This document shows positions 53,030 to 64,000 of a stretch of 64,000 nucleotides of DNA, in pieces. Both the position numbers and the translations under genes were made by a program. This stretch comes from Eledone cirrhosa (taxonomy: Eukaryota): assembly GCA_964016885.1 (NCBI GenBank), contig OZ024741.1, positions 98,642,001-98,706,000 on the forward strand. The letters run 5' to 3'. Numbering within the stretch: the first letter of the stretch is position 1; each line of letters begins with the position of its first letter. The notes beneath the pieces were generated by a model. The model was not told the origin of the DNA. It ran no database searches and was given only the letters and a program-made list of their open reading frames with translations.

Positions 53030-53636
53030 ACCTCTCTCTCCATCCTGATTCTTCTTCCAAAATGATATTTGAAAAAACGAATCAGTTGCTCGCCGGAGAG
53101 AAAGGTGTCTGACCTCAGCCCTTTTAACCTCGTCCACCATATAACCTCTTTCACCATAGCCATAATACATAGGAAAACCGCCTCTCCCTCGTTTTTGAAG
53201 GAGGGTGGTGGTTTGATCATGACAATGGACTCGGTGGTCAACTGGATCGGTCCAACCCGCGACAATAGTCGTTCTACATAGCCCCACAGGTCGGTAACGC
53301 CCGGGCAGTGTACAAATGCGTGTGCGACGGTTTCCTCGTCGCGCACGCATCTCGGACAGATCTTTTTCGAAGGGTGCCCGTGTCTGTAGAGCTTGTCTCG
53401 AACTGGTAGAGCTCCTCGGTAGCACTGCCCGGCCAGGGACTTTTGGGAGTTGTCCATTGGTCCTGGGCGGAAGGTCCTACCGAACAGACTGGCCAGTTCG
53501 TCCTCCTCTACGCCTAGAGTTTCTCCGAACGTGTCGTCGCACTTGCTGCGGACCAACCCTCTATAGAATGTCGAAGTGGAGTCTCCACTGATCGCCGGGT
53601 CCGTTTGCCAGAGGCCTGTGAGCGCCTGAGCACATT
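53030..53636 (-). pseudogene. L1/Tx1-clade ORF2 C-terminal fragment with zf-RVT finger
   Basis: ALPVRDKL..H...CPRCVRDEETVAHAFVHCPGVTDLW; adjacent to (GATA)n. Confidence 0.85.
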
Positions 53637-53735
53637 CGATAGATAGATAGGTAGATAGATAGAGAGAGAGAGAAATAGATATATTTCTTTATTTGCCACA
53701 AGGGCGCACAAGAAAAGGGGACAATACAAAGATAT

Positions 53736-53801
<66 letters not shown>

Positions 53802-55540
53802 TGATAAATAGATAGATAGATAGATAACCCTATATATTTTTCGTGGTATACCTGCGAAGAATGAAAAACCGCGAATGTCGGATGTGGTCCATAAAGTGCC
53901 TATAAATGTCAAAATATAACGTAAAATAAAGGCCGGCAAATATGATATATTGTGGCCTTTCATCCTTAAGGGGTCGATAAAATAAAGTACCAGTAACGTA
54001 CTGAGATAATTGTTGCTGGCCTTGTACCAAAAGTAGAAACAAATTAATAATTTTGCGTTAAAAAGCGTGAAAAATATTTATTGTCACCAAAAATCCTTTA
54101 AAAATCTCGGAAGATATCTACGTTCCCACGAATATGCGGTGGTTTCCACGATCAATAATTACTTAGGTTTTAAGGAAAATTCCGTGAATGCCAGGGGTAC
54201 ACTGCATTCTTATATATATATTTTTTTTTCGAATAGTTCGAGACAGATAGAGTGGGAAGAAGGCTACGACAATTATCTATTACTTAAAAAGAAGCGATCT
54301 AGCATTTTCCAGTTTAGTGTTTTAGGATTACTTGTTTCTCAGTGATCTGGCCATACACAAGATTCTGTAATCTTCAAACGATCGCCACATTTTACTTTTA
54401 AACGCATCTAATGAATATTTTTTTTTTCTGAACCTAAATGCCCTCATTTTTACAGGACGTGGTCTTTCTTGGATGTTTTGACATTCATGTTGTTTCAAAA
54501 AGCTTTAAATGTCATAAGTAATGGCAATAATATTTCCTCGATAGAGGAGAGTAAACGGGTCTTAATGCCGAATGGCCAGAACTATTACTACAGCAGTACA
54601 CTACGATATTTAATGCTCTACTAACAATAACCACGCCTCGGATATACCTCACTAAGTTATTCTACGACCTCTGCAGAGATTCTATAAAATTGATTGTAAG
54701 CAACACTTTGACTTCTCCTCGGGGTGACCTTGCGGTCAAGCAAAAAAAAATAAAACAAAACTAGAACCATGATCGCTTTTGCTCCATAAATAACAAAGGC
54801 ATGCAGAATACTCCCCACCCTTGTCTCAGTTCTGCCTCTCGTTAATTTAAATAGATTTACGGCTGACATTTTACGATGTCATGTCACAAAGCTATTGTTA
54901 TCTGATATTGACGAATGATATTATATAACGATGTTGTGATATGATAGCGAATATTTCTCTGTAGTTGACCCCCACGCCTTACATTAACCCCTTTTCTTGC
55001 TTCAGTGACTTTTAACATCACACAAACAAAGAAACACGTCACCCTCGATGAATATCTTTCTCTGTGTGTGTCTTTTTCTAAAACAGGTCAAAACAAAAGT
55101 TATCCATTGTCTCACATTAGAAATAGCATAGTTTAATGTTTGTCTTGTTACTAATGTGAACGCAGTAATCTCATCTCTAACATATATATATATATATATA
55201 TTAAATTAAAAGTAAGATGACGTATGTATGTAAAATAAACACATCAAATAGTTACAAATGATAATTTGTGAAGAGTGTAAACATACATAGTTACGGAGGT
55301 AATATATTAAAAATTAACAAAAATCTAGAATTTTTAGCTACTTCAATAAAGATTAATTTCCTTTGTATATATTCCATTGAAGAAATATATTTCACCATTA
55401 TATATATATATATATATAATTGTTTCTACTTTTGGCACGAGGCCAGCAATAACTCAGTGTATTACTGGTACTTTATTTGATCGACCCCGTAAGGATGAAA
55501 GGCAAAGTTAATGGTGATATATATATGTATATATATATAT

Positions 55541-55737
55541 AAAACAAAGGAATTGTGGTAAGAAGCAGATGGACCATAACGCACCAGAGTACTCAATACT
55601 TAGGGTAGGAGAGTGGGAAATAGGAAAAAGTATGACCCCGACAGCAGAGCTCAAGCCGTTTCGACGGCTATTTCTGGAGTCCAGAAATAGCCGTCGAAAC
55701 CGCTTGAGCTCTGCTGTCGGGGTCATACATTTTCCTA
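55541..55737 (-). mobile_element. ~200-bp fold-back element, GACCCCGACGG family
   Basis: Tail then hairpin centred on CTGGAGTCCAG (~55680); in (TA)n. Confidence 0.85.
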
Positions 55738-55757
55738 TATATATATATATATATAAG

Positions 55758-55826
<69 letters not shown>

Positions 55827-56616
55827 TGTGTGTGCGTGTGTCTGTGTAATCTTTATTTATTTATATTAAACATACAATCTGTGTGTATAAGGCAAAAACA
55901 GAGTCAATCCGACCAGTCTCTAGTTCCATATTGTTAGTGTATACATTTTATGCACATATCACTGACTAGTTTAGCTGAGTCTTGATTTATATAAACGATA
56001 GATATAAAGGTTGGTGGGCAAAGGAGGTGTGTTCTTTCTCCAATGAAAGTTTTTCAGGAAAAGAAACCAATCAGTTGGGATCCAATGATTCTGTCTACAA
56101 AGAAATACAACCATTAGTTTAACAGCTTTGTTTAATAAAATCATATGTTTATTTTAAACGTAAGAAAAAACATCGCTTAAACTTCACATTATCCAAAAAC
56201 GCAGGGTAGTATACGACGAATTAAAATATGTATATACATAGATATATAGATGTGTGTGGGGGGGGGGGGTTTGCATGCACACCTTTATGTGTGTGCGTGT
56301 GTAAGAATGCGCACGCATATGTTTGTGTGCGTAGTCTACTATTTTAGACTGCTGCAGCTCTTCACTGGAACAGGTCTGTGGCATCTGTTATACTTTAGCT
56401 ACAACAGATGCTATAGACTAGCATATCGAATGAAAATCAACCAAGGATATTTTTCTCTAACATTCAGAGAACAGATGCTGGTATATCACCAGAACTTTTG
56501 AACTTACAAACACTCCACACTGTTATATATAGTTTCGAAAATACAATTTTCATTGTTTTTAGCTACTTTCAAAAGATCTAAAGTAATATTCACACGGTAT
56601 ACACAAACACAGAATC

Positions 56617-56650
<34 letters not shown>

Positions 56651-56744
56651 GATATATATATATATATATATATATTTGAAAATTATGGTTGTACAAATTA
56701 TTGTTTGTTAAAAAATTTGTTCTCTGTTCACCCTTTATTATTGA

Positions 56745-56923
56745 GGCAGCATCGGTAGAGGGTCAGACGCCGCCATGCTTTGCAGCACAGTTACAGCCCT
56801 TTACGAACTGAGTTCAAATCCCGCCGAGGTTAACTTTGCCTTTCATCCTTACGGGGTCGATAAAATAAAGTACCAGTAATGTACTGTTAATTGCTGGCCT
56901 TGTGCCAAAAGTAGAAACAATTA
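56745..56923 (+). mobile_element. tRNA-derived SINE
   Basis: Family consensus. Confidence 0.9.
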
Positions 56924-57099
56924 TTGTAACTATAAATTTTCTTTAGTGTACTGGCTGCTGAACTGGGGAATCCTAAAAGCTATTCAAACCCAACTTCAGA
57001 GCACGTTATCCCCCCCCCCCCTGCTGACTTGAGAGGGCGTGCGTTATCTTTGCACTAGAGTGTAGGGGGATTCCTGAAAAGATAACATGCTGGTATACC

Positions 57100-57131
57100 T
57101 AGCCGGCCGCCAGCCGGACAGGCCAGCTAGT
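57100..57131 (+). mobile_element. Possible Helitron 3' terminus
   Basis: GC-rich hairpin followed by GGCCAGCTAG-T. Confidence 0.4.
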
Positions 57132-57230
57132 ATATATATATATTTGAAATGAATGAACAAAACACAGGAGGCAATTGTACTCAGTTATATTAGATCTAAG
57201 CTTGGTGGCAATAGAGGAGGTTTCAACGTA

Positions 57231-57535
<305 letters not shown>

Positions 57536-58296
57536 GGTGTGTATGTGTGGGTGTGTATGTGGGTGTGTGTCTGTGTATGTGTGTCTGTGTGTGAGTAAAT
57601 AGAAACAAAGTGCTGAAGCGTAGAAATGCTATAAAGATAGCTTAGAAAATAGGGTGAAGACCCTTAAAATACGAAAAAAGAATTTGTCAACAATCGCTAT
57701 AAGGAATTGATCCCCATATATAAATATATGTGTGTATAATAAGTTAAGCGCTGAGCGGCTGACGTATATGATAAAGTTATATCAGTGTATATACAGAATA
57801 GAAGAAACCAAGACTACGTATTTACACATTCACATTTACATTTTTAATATATATACGTGTAAATATTCCAAATAATCGGATTTCCCCATAAATATATATA
57901 TATTATCATGTGTATTCATGTAATTTTAGCATAGTAGTGTGAAAATTGAAGGCTATTTGTATACAAGTTTTAAAAAGTGATTTGACTACTAAAGGTACTC
58001 CCATTGGTTCGAGGTACAGTGTTACTGTTATTTATCTCAAGTTTGGACCTATTGAGCAGGCATTTCCCGTAAGACCTTTATTTATTTTAAGACATAGTAT
58101 GTATAAGGCTACATTATACAGTACTCTTCTTGCGTCGTTTAGGGCGATAGTGAATAGAATGAGAAGCATTTAGTCGCTCTTTCTACGAGATTAAGTGACA
58201 ACTAATAGCATTGCATTTCAATAAGATTTTTGTTAACAATATTGGTCACGAATTTTCTTTTCTTTCTCTGTCTGTCTGTCTGTCTGTATGTCTGTC

Positions 58297-58405
<109 letters not shown>

Positions 58406-60329
58406 TAAGTTCGGAAAATATGTCAGTTGTGATGATGGTAATGGTTTGTGTGAAGGACTTCTGTATCTTATCGTGCTATTATATAAAGCTTGTGAAATTT
58501 GAAGCGAATTTGAATGCGTGTTTCTAATAGATCGACTCAATGCTTTAGTTTGTGTTTATTTTTGTTTATTTATTAGGGTGACATTCTAATCAGATAATTG
58601 CAATTTCTTCTTCTTCTTCTTCTTCTTTTTGAGAGGGTCGTGAGAGCAGAGTCCTCAAACACGTCCATTGGACGAGACCAAACGAGCTTATGTATTTTAT
58701 CCAACCACCTTGCTCGTGGTTTCTTTCATTGTGACATTTTAACCAAATTCCGTAGTAGCTGATATGTAATCTCTATCGATGCAGAGAAGTGGCGGTTGTA
58801 GCTAGACCGATTCCCTAATCGCCGTGTTACGTACCTTTTCGAGTAACAAAATCATTTCAGATAAATTATATTACAACCGCTTTTATTTACTATCCTATTC
58901 TTTCAGTCATTACACAAGACTTCATAACCATAAAGGCATTTATTGCTAGATATCGGTGTTAAAGTGGGTGACAAATCATGTCTCCCACCTAAGTAAGCCA
59001 CAATGGTATTTGAACTCAGAACGCAATGAGCTCGAACAAAGTAACTCATGTCCCGCATTAACAATTCTGCTATTTAACTACCGTGGTAGATTATCTTATT
59101 GTCCTCGAAAGAATGAAAGACAAAATCAACCTCACCAAGGTTTGAACAAAGAACGTTAAAAGCCAGAAAATATTCCTCAATGTATTTCGTCCTACGCTCT
59201 ACCGATTGCTAATTCGCCGATGGATATGCTGTGGATGGCTTAGTGAGGTGTGTGAGTGTGTGTCTACGTGCGTCTATATGTATGTGTGTGTGTTTTGGTG
59301 TAGATTGTTTAGGATGTAAAAAGCGTTTAGTTGTTATGTTATTAAGCCACCACTTTTTTTTATATGAATAATTAGTTTATTTATGTCAATTTGTGATGTC
59401 TATATATTAAGTGGAGCTTTTCGCGTGTGTTTAAGATCAACCCGCTGTAGAAGTGTTTGTCTAGCCTGAATTAAGTATAATTTAGTGTATGTTGTGGTAC
59501 TAAGAATGTTTTCTGAATTATTGCTATATTGCTATATATCTTAAATGATAAGACCATTCAATTTCTTAAAAGTACTTTTACTGCCGTTAGCTTTGATTGT
59601 AAAATGTGTGTCATATTTACTAACTTTATTTTTGTGGTTGAAACGTTTATTTTTAAATGTATTTTGTGCAGATTTGCTATGATGATAGATACTTCCTGTG
59701 TTGTCGTTATTATTGCTGTCAATAGTATTGTTATTTTCCTGTAAAATTGTGTAAGTCTTTGTGAGACACATATCTTTAAGGATTTTTAGAATCCACATTG
59801 TGCTGAGACGTAATCACAGTTATTCTATGACAGTGTTCGCTCATGTTGTGAAAAATAATTTCATTTCAAGTACGCATTATTCAACTAGCATTCTTATGAT
59901 AATTCTGTCTTCATTCCTGCTGCATCATATTCAGTATTATCTTGTACCATATATTTGAAGGAGATGTGGGTGCAATTTCTCAATTTCTTGATGATCGAGT
60001 AAACACAAAGAGAAATGCTTCCCTGCTAGTTTGTATAAGTTAGGGTGGTGATTGTAATCACTTCGTCTTGGTGATGTATTAAAAGTGGCTTTAATGGAGT
60101 TGCCTCTAATGCTACTTTTGGTAACTATAGTTGTATTGGTGTTGTTGTTGTTGTTGTTGCTGATGTGATGGTGGTGATGTGGTGGTGGTGTTGGTGGTGG
60201 TGGTGGTGGTTATAGTATTAGTGATGGTATTGCTTTTGGTTTTGATGTTGTTGATTTTAGTTGAAGTATTGGTGGTGTTAGTATGTTGGTATTCATGCTG
60301 TTTAAGGCAGATGATGGTAATCAGTAATA

Positions 60330-60503
60330 TAATTGTTTCTACTATTGGCACAAGGCCAGAAATTATCCAGTACATTACTGGTACTTTATTTTATCGACCC
60401 CGTAAGGATGAGAGTTAACCTCGGCGGGATTTGAACTCAGAATGGCAAGAGACGTAACTCTATGCGTCAAAGCATGGTGTCCGACCCTCTACCGATACTG
60501 CCA
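60330..60503 (-). mobile_element. tRNA-derived SINE
   Basis: Reverse complement of consensus. Confidence 0.9.
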
Positions 60504-60775
60504 AAAAGCAAATGTGTATTTTTCAGGCAAACACTAGAGATGACTGAGGAAGGAAGGGGTTACGACAAACTACAGAATGCAGCGTTTAACATTCGCTACA
60601 CCTGTGTATAGCAAATTGGTTACACACATTGGCTGTTATGATTAAGTGAATGTTTGTGTGTTTGTGTAAATTATATTTATATGTAATATGTGTGTGAGCG
60701 TATGTGCTTGTGTGTGTGTTTATTTAGAAAGATACACAAACAATAAAATTACAAACACACACGTAACTACAAGCA

Positions 60776-60856
<81 letters not shown>

Positions 60857-61210
60857 CTCGTCTCAGTGTGTTTGGCCTTTAACGTTTGTTATAGCTCTGG
60901 TTCATCTGAATCATTGAGCACTTGCCGCACATCTCGGAGGTTGTTTTTCGTTATTTCGTGGGCCGAAATGCGAATCTCGATAATTTATGTTTGTTTATAT
61001 ATATATATATATACAGACACACTTAGAAGAAATAATTATTACATACACACGTCTATGTGATAGCAGAGGAAGGAGTGAGTGAGAAAATATAGAAGTCCAG
61101 CCTTCTAGCATTGTGTGTTTGTATCATTTGTGTGAGTGAGCGCAAAGGAACCAACCAACCAGCCAGCAAACAAACATCTTTTATTTATATTATGTATAGA
61201 TATTACAATT

Positions 61211-61244
61211 CGCCGTTATTTTTGACGGCACGGGGCCAGCTAGT
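61211..61244 (+). mobile_element. Probable Helitron 3' terminus
   Basis: Hairpin GCCGT..ACGGC, then ACGGGGCCAGCTAG-T. Confidence 0.5.
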
Positions 61245-61249
61245 ATTAG

Positions 61250-62179
61250 TAATATTAGTGATGGTACTGATATCAATGGTAGTACTGGTTATATCGATAG
61301 TAATGGTCGTGATGTTGCTGATTTTGACTTTCATATTAGTAGAGATGATGATGCTGATGATTATATTGTTGTTGTTGATGGTGGTGGTATTGTTAATTGT
61401 GGCGGAGATGTTGGAGATGGCAATATTTGCAATGTGTGCAATGTTACTGTTAGAGGTGCTGGTGGTTCTGTTGTGAGTGACATTTGATATAGTGGTGGTG
61501 GTGAAGATGTTTGCGGTGGTGCTGGTGATGTTCGCGGTGGTGCTGGTGTTGACGATAGTGGTGATGGTAGTTGAAAATGTACTGTCTGTAATATAGAATA
61601 CTGATGTGGTTTACTTGGCAGAAATAGTACCACATGTGCTTCAAGTTAGCAGTGTTAGTGTTGGTGATGGTGTTGATAGAATTGATGTTGTTGTTTGTGG
61701 TGATGATGATAGTGATGTTTTGGGTGGTGATAGTGATATTGTTGATGATAGTATTGGTGGTGATAGTGATGGTGTTAATACATAGTGGTGGTCGCGGTGG
61801 TGCTGGTGCTGGTGGTGGTGGTGGTGGTAAAGGTTGTGATGGTAGTGGTAGTTGTCGTGGAGGTGTGGGGGGGGGGTAGTATTGCTGGTGGTGCTGGTGA
61901 TAGGGGCATTGTTGGTGGTGGTGCTGCTGGTGATAGGGGCATTGGTGGTGGTGGTGGTGGTGGTGGTGGTGGTGGTGCTGCTGCTGCTGATGGTACTGGT
62001 GCTGGTGGTGGTGGTGCTGGTGATAGAGGCATTTGTGGTGGTGGTGGTGGTGGTGCTGCTGGTGGTGATGATAGTGGTAGTTGTCGTGGTGCTGGTGCTG
62101 GTGATAGGGACATTGGTGGTGGTGCTGGTTCTGGTGCTGGTAGGGCTAGTGCTGGTGGTGGTAATGATAGGGACATTGG

Positions 62180-62210
<31 letters not shown>

Positions 62211-62460
62211 GCTGGTAATGATAGGACCATTGGTGGTGGTGGTGGTGGTAGTGGTGGTGATGATTTTCGCTGTGGTGGTGGTGGTAGTGATGGGGACGTT
62301 GGTAGTGGTGGTGGTGGTAGTGGTGATAGGGATTGTTAATGATATTGTTGCTGGTAATGATGTTGTTGTTGGTAGTGATGATGAAGATAATGATGCTGCT
62401 GCAACTGATGATGATGACATCGATAATGACGACGCTGTCGACTACGATGACGCTGATGGT
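61250..62460. repeat. Low-complexity (GGT/GAT/GCT)n tract
   Basis: Degenerate trinucleotide repeats. Confidence 0.9.
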
Positions 62461-62462
62461 GG

Positions 62463-62501
<39 letters not shown>

Positions 62502-63143
62502 CCTCTCTCTCACTCTCTCCCCCCTCTCTCTCTCTCTCTCTCTCTCGACAATGGTGGCATTGAGGTTGCCGTGTTGTTGCGGCTGTTGCTCGATATCCAA
62601 TTATCTTTCTGAAGACTGTTTCTAATCACAGTGCTGTCAAATAAACAAACTTACAAACAAACCTACAAAAAGACAAATAAAAGACAAAGCAAAAATAAAC
62701 AGCAGAAACACTAAAACAAGAAACAATAAATGTGAAAAATATACATAAAACAACTTTTTTTTAAAAGATGTAGGTAACAAGCAAATTTCTCTATATTAAT
62801 GATATTTAATTCTCTGACGGTAACCCCCTGACAGAATCCATTTATTTTCTATCAACATTCTATGGATTTGTCCACACATCGTTTCCTTCTACATCGTTCG
62901 CCATTGTCTTCGTAGTTTTCTTTGATATCAGAATTCCTTAGATAAATGGATATATAGATAAATAGATAAATAGATAAATAGAAATATCTTTCATCTTTAC
63001 ACACATCACATGCATACGCTCGAAAACACACAGGCACACACGTGTGTACTTGTGATTGTGTATATGAGTATACATATCTATATAACTATATATATATATA
63101 TATATATATCTATATATATCTATATATAAATATATCTTTCACT

Positions 63144-63245
<102 letters not shown>

Positions 63246-64000
63246 TATATATATATATATGTATGTTTGTATATCTCCTATGTGGAAAAAGTACGTTGAG
63301 TGCTTGAATTGAATTGCATCAATGTTTACCCTAAGAATTTAGCTCCAATTAGTTGAGCGCTCTATGATGTAACCGATATGGTGGAGAAGAGAGGAACCAA
63401 CCACAAGCTACACCAGGAAATTCCCTCTACCGTGGGGATGGAAACACCTGACACTGGACGGACATAATAACTTTCGGCAGGATAAATACGCGGAAACAAA
63501 AACTAAGATAAACCCCTTTTCCAGCACCAAATCGCATTTGAGCAGAAGCCCCCTCAATTCAATCTATACATGGACAAATTGACAATCATATGGATCATTT
63601 TGCATATATGTACTCTGTGTTTTTGCATTTATTCATTATTGGTTCTTTTCTTTTGTGTACTTGATATCTGTTTTCGGGGGTTTTGTTCCATGTGATATAA
63701 ATTATGGCTATGTACCAGATTGACTACTGCCTTGAATACTGTAGTTTACCCTCCGTTCTAATGTACGGCACTATCGTTCAATATGTGGATAGTGTAACTG
63801 TGACATTAGGGCCCCTTTCAGAACTTCTTACTTAAACATCTCTCTGCATATTATTTACTCACTTCAATCTATGTTTTTTTACTCACCTCAATCCGGATTC
63901 TCACTTGAAACATTTTTTTAATTTCTAATTGTTAATTTTTTAATATTTTTAATTTTTTAATTTATAATTTCTGATATTTGATTTAGGATTTTCGATTTTA

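Noticed and set aside
61641-62625. Mucin-like Thr-rich and Gly-rich ORFs
   Set aside because: Low-complexity repeat, open in most frames, no supporting gene structure.

Overview
AT-rich, microsatellite-saturated animal genomic DNA. The SINE types and repeat landscape suggest a cephalopod such as Octopus (inference). I found no host protein-coding exon I can support; nearly all ORFs in the track are microsatellite or low-complexity artefacts. The window is a mosaic of mobile elements: about 20 tRNA-derived SINEs, Penelope-like element (PLE) remnants with GIY-YIG endonuclease, an R4/Dong-type LINE, RTE, Tx1 and mariner remnants, MITEs and Helitron-like ends. The main result is a hammerhead-ribozyme (HHR) system inserted into (TA)n tracts. 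An array of 11 apparently identical 466-bp non-coding units (30013-35133) carries one type I HHR per unit and is laid out as two divergent arms of about 4 and 7 units, like a retrozyme/circular RNA copied by rolling-circle reverse transcription. An older ~330-bp HHR repeat family and several PLE families show the same fold-back layout: 3' ends point outward into (TA)n and one arm stops short by a family-specific distance. All ribozyme folds and alignments were made by eye, and coordinates may be off by a few bases.
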